Notes under the pieces: generated by a model
The model's database searches: none
What the model saw: the letters and a program-made list of their open reading frames with translations, nothing else
What the model was told of the DNA's origin: nothing
DNA from: Paraspadella gotoi
Lineage: Eukaryota > Animalia > Chaetognatha
Direction: 5' to 3'
Assembly (NCBI GenBank): GCA_051294375.1
Contig: CM119267.1
Span: forward strand, 9,915,458 to 9,979,457
Length of the DNA stretch: 64,000 nt
Part shown: one piece after another, positions 1 through 15,352 of the stretch
Position numbering within the stretch: the stretch's first letter is position 1
Layout of the letters: each line of letters starts with the position of its first letter
Program-made: the position numbers and the translations under genes

Positions 1-1036
1 CTAATGTCTAGAATGTTATAATCTATCATGAGCATGGATTACAGTATTAAAATAATTTTATAAAAAATGCTTTCTGAGGTTACGAGCCTAATTAAAATCA
101 TTATATTACTATATACTATATAGAGATAAAAAAATGTTTTTTAAATCTTAAATTTTTTTGATTCTGATAGAGCAAAAAAGTTTAACAAGAAATATAATTA
201 CAGCTTTTAAAAATTCTTACGTTTTCTCAGTAAAAATCTAGAAAATTGTTAAAATCATCGAAAAATGATGATGATTTTTTACGGTTTTTCTTATTTTTAA
301 TCTACTTATCATAAAAACCCCCCGCAGGACCCTCCTCGCTGCCTCACCCGGTGAGTGAAATCATCCCGTGGAGCGAGTGCTAGCGTGCAAGGCAACTGTA
401 TGGCGCCTGCATGTGTTCAAGTGCTGGTACTGTGCAGCACCACTAATCGTTCTCCCCTCTCCCCCCTCTTTTCTTTTCATGTCCTCATCGTGGCCCGCCC
501 TCCTGCCCTTCTCGCCATGCCTCTCCGGCAACGCCCCAACCGGCCCTCCCAACGGTCGCGTTGGATCCCTCTTTGGTCCTGCGTCGCCGCATGGTCTCTA
601 CCCACTAATAAACCAGGTGAGTACAGCGATTGGTCGCGGTGAATAGGTAACTATCTGAATCTGGTCTTAGGGTCTTAAGGTCAAAGGATGGGCTCAATAT
701 GCAAATTCATGAGTCGAGGAATTTGAGGGGTTGTGGACGCAACAAGTTTCAGAGTAAGAATAATGCGTCCACATGGTAGGGTTTTCTTGACAACGCCATG
801 TTGTTTGATGAAAATAGCGAAAAGTCGGGCGGTGAAAGCGAGGCTCAAAAGGGCATTGTTTGCTCAAACTTGTTCAATGCAACTGAAGCTGCAAATAAAT
901 TTCAAATTCCATTTGTATAGCCAAAGTCTACCTTCACGCCAAATTTGATCAAATTTTATGAAGTAGCTTGTGCTGAACAGATTCTCGCTCGAAAAAACAG
1001 CGTATCATTTTCTAATATGAAGCCTTCTGTATATTA

Positions 1037-4182
<3,146 letters not shown>

Positions 4183-4342
4183 CTAAATATGGACATTTCA
4201 TCAAAAAACAATACTATTTCTCCTCAAGAGTAGTTAACGCAATAAAGATCAACAATTATCGTTATCAATTATCGTCAGCCGATTTTTATCAAACACTCGA
4301 GAGACCATTAGATAAATTATAATAGTATATTACAAGTTCGCA

Positions 4343-7300
4343 TCAGATAGCGGCATCAGCTAATGGATTTTCATATTTGGTCTTGATGGTTTTATACTTT
4401 TCTCCGAGGACAGGCGTTGGGATATTATCGAGAAATCGAAACTGCCGGACACCATAGGGGAGTTCGTAGTAAGAGTGGGGATTATGTTCGTTATACACAG
4501 TCTTGAAATCCTAAGAAAAGTTGAGATTAAACATTAAAAACAAAGAAATAATTATAGTATCATACACTAAAAAACTAGAATTAAAATAAGGTTAAACTTT
4601 AATGGTAGTTACCAATAATAAAACTTTTTTTTACAATTAGCAACTATAGGGTAGTGCGGGGTTAATCGGAACAGGTGTAATTTGGAACACTGACAAAAAA
4701 TTTTATTCGAGGAATTAAAATAATTATTACTGTATGGCAACAGGCGGGTTGCCTGTGATGCCCATTGGCTTTGGGGGCTTCCGACCCTCAGTGACGCCTC
4801 CAGTCACTGGCGCGGTTACCCTTGGACGGTCTCGCTTTGCCAACACAGAGGGAAGTCGTTAGGACTGTGGATGGAACACTACGCCTGGGATGGTGTGTTC
4901 CCCCTCTGAGCCAATGGATTTGGCTGAAGGATGGTGGACGTGAGGCGGTGTGAATATACCGCCACAACTGGTTCATTAAATATTTCGCACGACTATCCTC
5001 AGGCGAGGCGCCCACCCAAAAGACGGCTGCATTCAGATGAAGAGGAAGTTCTTGTTCCCAATGCTAAAGCACCAAGAACAAACCTTGGCCCACCAGGCCG
5101 TAAGGCACGAAGAGGACAGCCGGCAGGCATAACAGGCCAGATGGATATTAGAGTGGCCCTCGGCATTTTTCCGAAAGGATCTGCCTGACCCCAACATGAC
5201 ATCATCTGTCAACCTCGCAACTCAAAATTCAGATGGCCCAAGACATGCCACTGACCCGGTATCATTGTCACTGCCTTTCCTTTTTCCTTTCTCTTTACCT
5301 ATTCTCTATCTTTATCTTTCACATTTCATTTTTCATTTAATGAAACTATTTTAATCTAAAACTTAATTTAGTTAATTGTTATTTTTCACAGTTTACCATT
5401 TTCAATGTTAATTTTTCCTTTACATTACAAAATGTATTTTACTGTACTTTGGCAATCTGACCAAATTTTTATTTCTCTTTCACTCTCCTTCACTCACCTG
5501 TCCTCAGCCTTAATCTATTCTCAGTCTACCACTGTCCTTTTCTCAATTCTTTGTTGGAAACTTTACTCTCTCTCTAAACTTCAAACTCTGTGAAAATAAT
5601 TTGTCAAAATTCAATTCACTTTGCGCTGATAAAGGCTTACATTGAAGCCGAAACATGTCCATTTTTCATGCTAAATAAATTCGTTGTAAAAATACTTCAA
5701 TTTAAATTTTCCATTTAAACTCATTTCCACTCTCACGAAACTTTATATCCAACTCGATCACATGCTTTCCTACCCACAAACAAAATTTCATTCCAATCCA
5801 TCCATTCAATCACGAGTAATTGGAGTTTAATGAAAAGGTGGGACGGATCTGTAGACAGACATTTTTTTTCCATAATTTATCATAATTTGACATTCTGATA
5901 TGATAAAAATTGTTTACGGAACGATTTTGGGGTGGGACCGACAAAGTGAATTATATAGTCGGAATCTGCGATATGACACGATGCAAGTTAATGTGGCAGA
6001 GACTATGCAGAAATAAAAAAAATATGGTGACTATAAATCTTTTATTATTATTAATTATTAATTATTATTAATTATTGATTAATTAATTGACTAATTGATT
6101 AATTAATTTATTAATTATTTGATTAATTAATACATCTTGCATTTATATTTAAAATAAAAAAAAGAAGCATAATCAATTAGTGTAACAGGTTCATTGTTTT
6201 TTCCATTTAAACTCATTTCCACTAAAACGATTCCATCGAAACTTGATTTCCAGTTTAATCACACACCTTTCTACACAAATACAAAATTTCAAGTCAACCG
6301 CCCTATCCAGTCATGAGTAATTGGTATTCAAATAGTGAAATATATAAGTAGTATAAAATTTTGTCAGAGATTTTTACCACTTCGAGTCTGCTTTTTATTG
6401 CTTTTTTACTCATTTTCTTTTTTGTAAATAAGTGAGGGTAATGGTAAAAGTAAAGGTTTGGTTGAACCAAACGCGTACAGTATTATTAATATACAGCTTC
6501 AAGTTTAACTCACAGATAAAAAAATATGCTAAAATTTTGCATGGGTAGGTTTCGCCACGTTAACTTGCACCGTGTCATATGCAGATCCGACTAAAAAATC
6601 TATTTTTAGCAATAAAAAATATATAAAGGTTTGGAATTGAATTTATTGCCCTAATAAGGTTAAAAAAAATTAGTATGAGACAAAATTCAGATAAAATCCA
6701 GATAGAAGGAGTAAAAACCAATATTATTTGGAAAGGAAGATGGGGACGAAGTGCAAAAAAATGGAAAGAAAAAAAAAATTCGTCAAAAAAATATAAATTA
6801 AAAAATATATACAAATTTTGTATTTAATAATTCAATAATTTTCAAAAGTGAGAACATAGTATTAAAAACCATTTTAACCACTTAAGATTCTAACATTTAA
6901 AATCGTTTATATATAAAACATTAATGAAAGGCTCTATGCACTTCATAATAGTGTTTTAGTTATTAATTTCTGTAATATTATAGAAAATTTTATATTATGG
7001 CAACAGCCGGGTTGCCTGTGATGCCCATTGGGATGGGGCATCTCACTGTTGGCTTTGGTGGCTTCCGACCCTCAGTGACGCCTCCAGTCACTGGCGCGGT
7101 TACCCTAGGACGGTCTCGCTTTGCCAACGCAGAGGGAAGTCGTTAGGACTGTGGATGGAACACTACGCCTGGGATGGTGTGTTCCCCCTCTGAGCCAATG
7201 GATTTGGCTGAAGGATGGTGGACGTGAGGCGGTGTGAATATACCGCCACAGGATCCCCGGGTCAAGACATCACTCAGGTTCCTCAAGCCTGAGAGGTGTC

Positions 7301-10300
7301 TGACAAGACTGTTACCATAGTGGGAGAGAGAGAGAGCGCGAGTTGTGGGGGCATAGGCGTTTGTCGTAGCGTACCCGAAGTCAGCAGGGCATAGGCGTTT
7401 GTCGTAGCGTACCCTGATAAGATTGCGTGTTGGATAGTAGGGCTCACCACTTATAGCAACAGCCGGGTTGCCTGTGATGCCCATTGGGATGGGGCATCTC
7501 ACTGTTGGCTTTGGGGGCTTCCGACCCTCAGTGACGCCTCCAGTCACTGGCGCGGTTACCCGAGGACGGTCTCGCTTTGCCAACACAGAGGGAAGTCGTT
7601 AGGACTGTGGATGGAACACTATGCCTGGGATGGTGTGTTCCCCCTCTGAGCCAATGGATTTGGCTGAAGGATGGTGGACGTGAGGCGGTGTGAATATACC
7701 GCCACAATATAATATATTAAGTGTTCCGAATTACCCCAGGTTGGGGTAAAACAGAACACTTCAATTTATTAGAAAATGCGGCCCCTCGGGGCCACAAGAT
7801 AAAAACGACTGCATCAATCAGTAGCGTAAACACTTTTCTAGATTTTACAAAAATATATTTACTATGTAAAACATTTGATTGCACTTTCCTAGATTTTTTA
7901 AAAATATATTTACTATGCAAAAAATTTGATTATTTACAAAAGTGTTCCGAATTAGCCTGCATTATTACCCTTTTCCTCATGCATAATATGAAAACTCACT
8001 AGGTTTTTAGGATTGTTCTTTCTTGGGCCCAATACTTTATATAAAATCATAGAGACACACTTACTTGTATCAGTTGAGGGTCTTTCCATAACTCTGGAAC
8101 TCTATGAACACCATAAAGGTCTAATGCATTGTCTATGAAATCTTCGTTTGCGCAACTGAATCGGTATTCGAAGGCCAATTTATCAGATGTTTTTCGCCAT
8201 TGCTATCGAAAACATAGGAACAGTACTTTAATTAGAGTCATTAAGCATTACGGGTTAGAGAGCCTTTGAGTTTTTTACCCCAAATTTGACTTGGTCCTGG
8301 ATGTCATAAGAAAAGTCTAAACGCGTGATCTCTTCGATGACCATATCCGGATCATCGTAGTCTGGATGCTCGGAAACGATAAGCTCGCCCGTCTTTTCCA
8401 TAAGAGGTAAGAAGTTGGTTTTGTAATGCTTCTCAATCGTCGCCAGATAATCTTCGTTCAGTAACTTTATCGCGGAGGGGGGAAAATGGTTTGTAACGCG
8501 TGGACGACATCGGGAAAACAATTGGAAACCACCTAAATTCTTCTGTTACGTATTTTAATCGGAAAAACCTTTGAGTTGACTTCATAATCAATTCCACGCT
8601 TTTGAATCCGTTCCATGCAAACTTCGACTGGAGCGTCCAGGTAAACGACCAGATGTGGCTTCCAAAAATTGCAGATCGTGTGGGTTTTGTAATAATTATA
8701 CCAGTTGTAAATACGCCTAAAGAAAACATGGTTTATTTTTTATTCATCTGAGTGATACAAAATTCAGCTAAGGTACTTTGCATCATAATTGTACAATGCA
8801 CATTAAGGGGGACCAGAATTTAACATTTTTTACAATATGAAACAGTCTGCAAAAAGTTTTTTATCCTTTTACAACCATATTGACTTATGATATTAGATTT
8901 TGATTAAATTCATTTTCCTCATGCATAGAAGCATTTTAATAATTAACAATATATAAGAAATGCTTAAAAATATTTTTAGGAAATTTAAATTTTTATAAAT
9001 GGGTTAAAATTTGAAAAAAACCTTAAAAAATCATCATCATTTGATAATTTTTATAGATAAATCATTAAAATTTAAAAAAAGTTGTAATAATAACCTTCAT
9101 CTAACTTTTCAAGCTATAAGAATCAAGTAAAAAAAATTAAAATAAAAAAAAGGATAATATATAGTAATTGGATAATATAAAATAGCTTCCATGCGTTTAA
9201 CTATAAGATAAATCTTTGTATTGAATTCTTTCTTTTCGTTGTGTTTGAGATTAGTAAGAGAACAATTTTTTTTGTATTCAACAACGACAGTTTTTAATTA
9301 ACGTACACGTTTCGACTTATGTAATAATTCAGGTCTTCTTCAGTGCTTGGCAGTTGTGAAATCACAAAATTTTATATTTCAAAAATAATGTGTGAGAGAT
9401 AGAGAGAGAAAACAGTTTCCAACAAAGAATTGAGAAAAGGATAGTGGCGAGTTTTGAGGACAGGTTCAAATTTAAGTGAAGAAAGAACTCAAATTTAGCT
9501 GCCCCCCTGGTCGGCAAAAAGGGATGGTAACGAAGTGATCGGGTCATGGGTTCGTCATTGGTTGAGATGACATTGTGATTGAGTGCGACAGGGTTGGATC
9601 TGGAATGGAACCAGGTGGGAAAAGACCAAAAGACCAAAATTTTGTGATTTCACAACTACCAAGCGCTGAAGAAGACTTGCATTATACGGATTTCAAATGG
9701 AAGTGAAATGAAAGGATCAAACACTGTGGCAGTTTGTTATAGCAACTTCAGATTTAGCACCCTAGTAAAAAATCGCTGACATTTTTTTATTTTTTAACTA
9801 CCAGTAGACCAGCTTGCTTACTTGGTTATAGTGAAAATAGGTCAGATATTTGAAAAAATATATTTTAGGATTTTATTATTTCAATTTTGATTATCTTGAT
9901 ATTGTGTTTCTTTCCTTTCTGTTTCGTTGTGATTTGATTTAGAACAAAGTTTTGAAGAGATATTTAACAACGATTTTTATTTCATAGTGAAACGGACATG
10001 TTTCGACTCACATACGAGTCTTCTTCAGCGCCAATTCAATTTGTGAATTTGAAGAGAATTTTGTGCATAAAGAAAGAGAGAGAGAGAGACATGTTGGAGG
10101 GTGATTGTTGAGCAAAGTTTCCAACACAGGGTTTGAGAGAAAGGATAGTGTTCAGTTTTTTATTATTAGGGACAGGTGAAGGTGAGGACAGAGATAGTTT
10201 GTGAAAAGAAATTGAAATGGAGAGAGAGAGACACAGTGCTTGAAAATATATTATATATCTCTAAAATTTAGAATATAAAACATGAAAATAAAAACCAATA

Positions 10301-13173
10301 AAAATACTTCGGTAAACTTATTTATTAATTTTATACATTAGTGGGCACCAGTGAGCTACATTTTATATATAGTAATGGGTAAATAATATTTTTTTTTGGA
10401 AATAATAATAAATAAATAAATAGTAAATAATAAGCTAAAATTTCAAATTGCAAATTTTTAAATTTTACGATCGGATTTAGATTCCTTGCAAAAAGTTGAT
10501 ATAAGAAAGTATAATTATTTTTTAAAAATTATTTCATTAAGTTGGTTAAAAATGTGAAAAACTAAATTTAAGACGTCGATTTTCAATTTCGAACTTAAAA
10601 ATATAGTTTTTTTATAATTTTAACCTACTTAACGACTTAATTTTTGAAAAAGATTTATATCAACTTTTAACGAGGAATCTGAATCTGTTTTCAGAATTTA
10701 AAAAAAAATATTTAGAAATTTTGACATTATATAAGGGTAGTACTATATACAAAATAAGCTGACTGGGCTACTATATTTGTAAAAAAAGAAAATTATAGAT
10801 TAATATTCATTAATATGATAGTTTTCAAGATATAACTGCTAAATTTTGATTCCAAACTTTCACTTCACAGCAGACATAAATCATGGTAAATATGGCGATC
10901 AAAGATCATCACGATACCTGTTTATGAGTCCTTGTTCGTAAAGCGTTTCCGCGAAAACATGATCGCTGTAAATGCTTCTCTCAAGAACAACTCCTTGACC
11001 AGTACTCATAAGATGAAGGCACGCATCTGCGTATTGATGGTATCGCCAGCGGTAAAACTCCATTTGTAAATGCGCCGCCCTTGGTTGAATAGAAATGCTA
11101 GTTTGTACTACATAGTATAATAAATAAAAAAGGTACCCTCTGATTTAACCGTCAGTAACAAAATTCAGACCGACCTGTAGGGTTTTTTACCCGGATCAGT
11201 ATAAAAATCTTTCAAATCGTATTTTCGATTTAAGGGATGTAACTCCTTTTGGAAAGAAGAGTTGCGTAAATCCATACAGACAGGATACGATCCGCTATTT
11301 CGCAAATGGCAATTGGGCTCTGAAGGAAAAGTAAGACTACGAAAGTCTGTTCGCGAAATACAGGGATAGGCAGGGTTTTACAAAACCCATCCCAATTTTT
11401 TTTAAAGGTGATATTCCTAGGAAAGTGTTAACTTTTTTTAAAATTTGTTAAAAAAATGTTTTGAATAACCCCTAGATGGGGTAATTCGTAACACTAAACT
11501 AATTATAAGAGCTGTTTTTAAATGTGAAATATAATAAAAATTACAATAAATATATCTTTTTAATTAACGTTTTATAAATAAACAAGTTTGAGCAAACAAT
11601 GCCGGATCTGCCCACGATCCTTAGCGGTAAGCACCTGATCAGATAATTAATTAATTAATTAATATTAATTTTTTTATTCGTGTCAAAATCGTTTTCCACT
11701 TTGTCTAGCCTTTCAATCACAAAACAATCTCGATAACAAAATTAATTAATTACAAATAATTAATTAATTACTTATATATTAATAATTAATTAATGCAACT
11801 TGAATTTACATTTAATATAAAAATAAAAAAAGCATAATCAAATAGTGAAATATATTTTTTTGTTTTTTCCATTTTAACTCATTTCCACTAGGACGATTCC
11901 ATCCAAACTTTATTTTCAGCTCAATCAAACACTTTCCTACCCACACACAAAATTTCATTCCAATCTATCCATCAAATCACGAGTCATTGGTGTGTTTTGC
12001 TAAGGTGGGACGGATGGACGGACGGACAGATGGACATAATTTTTTTGCATAATTTATCATAATTCGATATTCTGATATGATATAAGTGAATGCCCGACAA
12101 GATTGGGGGGGTGGACCAACGGACCGACAAAGTGAATTATAGAGCCGGAATCTGCTGTAAGCAGATCCGGCTAAAGCTGCCTTACTGCTGTCCGTCCTCA
12201 GCCTCGTCTCAATGCCTGAGCACTGCAGTAAGCACGAAGCACTAAGCAGGCCAAATCTTCTCGTTTCAACCGTGCGACTCGGGTTCAATCCCTGGGTATC
12301 ACGGTTAAGGCTTAAATGTGACGGAACCGGTTTAAACATGCCAGTGACAGGAGGCGGTCACTGAGGGTCCGCAGCTCCTACGCAAGTTGGTGAGATACCC
12401 GCGCATCACAGGCAATCCTCCCGTTGCCATGGTTTCTTATTTTTGAAAAAGTATTCAGTAATTATAACTACAAAAATTGTATATATTTTGTTGTATTTAT
12501 AGTGTTTTAAATTAAGTTTTTCATTTCCTTCCATTACTGGATTTCTTCCCATTTTGATTTACAATTAATATTTTTTATACCCGCTTTCTATAGCTATTTT
12601 TTCATGTTCGTTTACATTTAATACTTCTATCTTTTTAAATTTTATTTTCCCCCCCCCCGACATATTTTCCCACCCCTGTAATATTGAACTGATTCAATAA
12701 AAATAGTTCGTTCCCTACCTGGTATGTAAAGCAGGTCAAACTTTCGAGCGATCTCCTTGGCCACGGTGCTTTTGCCGCTCCCAATATTTCCGTCGACGAC
12801 GATAATGCGAGAGTACTCGTCGAGACGATCGGAGGTTGCATCTATATGCCTGTGTAGCATGTGGTTTATCCCGTACTGCTTGTAATTCCAGCGTATTGGT
12901 CTGAAGAAGAATTTACATCAATCATCGAAAGCGTGATTACATATTAGATCGAAAAACTAACCTGTCCGCCCTGGGTTTTTCACAAATTTGCATGTTACCC
13001 GTCCAATGAGTCGGCATTTTATTCCGAGGAATTACGAGGGTGGCCACAGGAACGACCAATATCGAGGCTTTGGGATGGCCGTGAAGGCAGCCCGGGATGA
13101 AGGACAAGCCATGCCGACCACTCGTCCACGAGGCTGAAGCGGACTTACGAAAAAGATGGGACACCACGGACAT
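4343..13173 (-). CDS. NDUFA10: NADH dehydrogenase [ubiquinone] 1 alpha subcomplex subunit 10 (8 exons: ~13173-12963, 12901-12719, 11320-11176, 11097-10918, 8717-8569, 8465-8292, 8202-8065, 4510-4343)
   Basis: N-terminus resembles a mitochondrial presequence. dNK-fold P-loop IIVVDGNIGSGKS, then GQGVVLERSIYSDHVF, KPHLVVYLDAPVEVC and DYLATIEKHYKTNFLP. Last exon ends in TGA at 4345-4343. Confidence 0.88.
4733..4966 (-). mobile_element. Solo LTR of the TRIM family at 6996-7706
   Basis: Near-identical to the TRIM LTRs except for a ~21-bp deletion. Flanked by the 4-bp direct repeat ACTG (4729-4732 and 4967-4970). Confidence 0.85.
4971..5695 (+). mobile_element. Penelope-like retroelement 3' fragment (pseudo-LTR)
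   Basis: ORF remnant, pyrimidine-rich tail, minimal hammerhead and AATAAA..TCGTTGT. Shares TTTCTCAATTCTTTGTTGGAAACT with the copy at 9230-9690 and a similar motif with the copy at 9940-10240. Confidence 0.6.
5622..5663 (+). ncRNA. Minimal type I hammerhead ribozyme (degenerate core CUGAUAA)
   Basis: GCG-CTGATAA-AGGCTT-acattg-AAGCC-GAAA-CATGTC. Core G8 is changed to A, so it is probably inactive. Confidence 0.6.
6996..7706 (-). mobile_element. TRIM (miniature non-autonomous LTR retrotransposon): LTRs 6996-7250 and 7452-7706, 201-bp internal region
   Basis: Two 255-bp direct repeats with 5 differences counted by eye. Minus-strand LTR runs TGTGGCGG..TTGC(C/T)ATA. TSD ATAT (6992-6995 and 7707-7710). 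PBS-like TGGTGAGCCC lies 2 nt after the 5' LTR. The PPT is weak. Internal 28-bp duplication at ~7348 and ~7387. Confidence 0.88.
9230..9690 (-). mobile_element. Penelope-like pseudo-LTR with adjacent inverted partial copy (9637-9680)
   Basis: AAAATTTTGTGATTTCACAACT.CCAAGC.CTGAAGAAGAC is present on the minus strand at ~9373-9333 and on the plus strand at ~9636-9677. Confidence 0.65.
9298..9348 (-). ncRNA. Minimal type I hammerhead ribozyme
   Basis: AAGCA-CTGAAGA-AGAC..AGTC-GAAA-CGTGTA-CGTT on the minus strand. Confidence 0.7.
9940..10240 (-). mobile_element. Penelope-like pseudo-LTR fragment
   Basis: Homologous to the 4971-5695 and 9230-9690 copies. Contains a hammerhead followed by AATAAAAATCGTTGT. 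Confidence 0.6.
9991..10032 (-). ncRNA. Minimal type I hammerhead ribozyme (intact core)
   Basis: GGCG-CTGAAGA-AGACTC-gtatgt-GAGTC-GAAA-CATGTC-CGTT. Stem I GGCG/CGUU, stem II GACTC/GAGTC, palindromic stem III ACATGT, GUC cleavage triplet. Confidence 0.82.
11580..12175 (-). mobile_element. HINE/DINE-1-like element, family A (apparently complete)
   Basis: Subterminal inverted repeats GCCGGATCTGC (11601) and GCAGATCCGGC (12161), a short inverted copy next to the 5' one, GTCC/GGAC microsatellite and T-rich ends. Confidence 0.7.
12176..12431 (+). mobile_element. Diverged LTR related to the TRIM family, in opposite orientation, with a B-box
   Basis: GCCAGTGAC.GGAGGCG.TCACTGAGGGTC..GCATCACAGGCAA..GTTGCCAT matches the TRIM LTR 3' end. 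GGGTTCAATCCC at ~12281. Confidence 0.65.
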
Positions 13174-13689
13174 TGTAATTAAATCATTGAACTGTCAAAA
13201 AAACGATTTATATCTTAAATCTTAAAAAGAATTGTACATTATACAACATGAGGATTCCTGCGGGCAGAAAAGCACCTTAAATCAAAACTAATAAGGATTC
13301 TAAAAATTAATAGAAGAAATATAATCTTGTATTCTTACAAGCCTCTTTCTTCAGCAAAACAAGAAATATGTACGTAAATCTAGTACAGTGTATTCAATAT
13401 TCAGTGTATTTGTACAGTGTATTCAGTTAAACTACCTGATCCGAAGCTCAGGGACTGCTAATATTGAACAATTATTACTGTCTCTTCAACCATAACGATG
13501 ACGACACGAAGAAGTATAACTAATTCATTATCTCACGAAAAACTGAACTATTTTTTGGACAAAAGATAAAAATGGTGTTTGAAAAACCCACTACAACATA
13601 CTACAACCACGAGTTGTCTTTCCGCGTTAAGACTTTTTTTACAATATCTTCAAGAGCAAACTGGAATTCGCTATCAAAGTACCAAACAA

Positions 13690-14669
13690 TCATTTAGGCC
13701 CAAATCTATTTTGTCTGGTAAGAAATCCGCTTCCCTGCTTATTAGAATAATTTCGACTTCTATGGGGATCGAACCGCTCGTACGGAATATACGCTGGAGC
13801 AGAACTAACTAAATCAGGATGTCGAGCCCTCCAATCGTTCCGTTGGAAGGACGTCGAATGATCCGCGGGAAAGCGCGAAGGAACTTGTCTGGATTGTGAA
13901 ATGCGTCGATGAAAATCCCCGCCGTTCGGCATGGAGCTGCGTCGCATGCGAGCCGGAGCGCCGTGGGAACGAAGCTTTTGTGCCGAAATCGATCTCAAAG
14001 AGTCAAGGTAAGGTTTTCGCTCCTGTGGATGACCTCTTGCTCGATCGAACGCGACGATGGCGTCCTGGGCTGCCCAGCCGCGTCTTTCCACGAGGTAACG
14101 ACAGATCAAGTAGCCGGTTCGATTGAGCCCGTGGGTGCAGTGCACACCAACGAGGCGATGGGGATCTCTCTTCAGAAACTCATCGACGACGCGTTGGAAT
14201 TCTCTAACAATTTTCTGGCTGGGAACAACTTGACCGCGGGTCGGCAGCTTGTAGTGCTCGACGTTGTTTGCGCGAAAGAGGCCGTCAACGATGGAAGCTG
14301 AATAATACTTATCAGTATTCGTTAGGTCTACGATGAGACCGACGTCAATGCCACGTGCCTGGAAAGACTCCAACATAGAGGACGGGGTAAATAGGGAGCC
14401 GTCCGCTTCTGGGATGGCGATATCTGGCTTGAGAGGCACTTTAAAGGCTGGGAGGGAAAAAAATTAGGGAGAAGCCAAAATAAAAATGTTAAAATAAACA
14501 AACTATGGTTAACTCCATATCGAGAAAAAATCTTTTCACCGATAAATCTTTCGCCGGCTATGGGGTCGAGAAAAGGAGTGTAGTTTTCCCATCTTTCCGG
14601 AACAGCGCGCTTCTTATTTGGTTTTAAATCCTTCCGCCACGATCCACGATAAAAAGTCTGATTAGACAT
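13690..14669 (-). CDS. DUSP11: RNA 5'-triphosphatase DUSP11/PIR1 (2 exons, intron ~14538-14448)
   Basis: VPERWENY, AFKVPL, IVDLTNTDKYY, catalytic VHCTHGLNRTGYLICRY and RGHPQER. No guanylyltransferase domain, so it is not RNGTT. Confidence 0.85.
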
Positions 14670-15073
14670 ACTTAACTGTTGCAGGGCACAGAACCAAAAC
14701 TTAATCATTTCAGATTCACAGAAGCCCTTCTCTTTCGGCTTTATGATTCAAACTAGCCATTGCTTTAAATTTAGGAACATGAACATTATTTGTCGGGATG
14801 ATGAAGCTGCATGCAGTGAACGAGTAGCTTCATACAATCAAATGTTACAAGTTCTCTAACAAAATCTACTTTATGTCGTTTAAAAACACTGAAGTTTTTT
14901 TATTTATTCCATTTTTTTTTTGGTAGGATTTCGCATTAGAAAATAATCCTGAAAAAGACAAAAAAATTTAAAACTTTTCACTGGTCTCCCGGACTAGAAA
15001 CGAGAAAAATTAAAAATACATAGTGCATATTCAATCTGGCAAAATTTTATTTCATAACTGGTAAAAGGGAGTT

Positions 15074-15352
<279 letters not shown>

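Larger units (their letters stand above)
4648..7971. mobile_element. Non-autonomous TIR DNA transposon (MITE) hosting nested insertions
   Basis: Imperfect TIRs AGGGTAGTGCGGGGTTAATCGGAACA (4648) and TGTTCCGAATTAGCCTGCATTATTACCCT (~7943-7971). The same end and internal sequence (TTTCAAAAGTGAGAACATAGTATTAAAAA) occur at 28571-29600. Confidence 0.6.

Noticed and set aside
324-345. CCTCCTCGCTG resembling the HDV ribozyme P3/L3
   Set aside because: I could not find the P1, P2 or P1.1 pairings or the J4/2 catalytic segment.
7143-7586. 147-aa ORF in the TRIM
   Set aside because: It spans LTR and internal sequence, has no gag/pol motifs and does not start with ATG.
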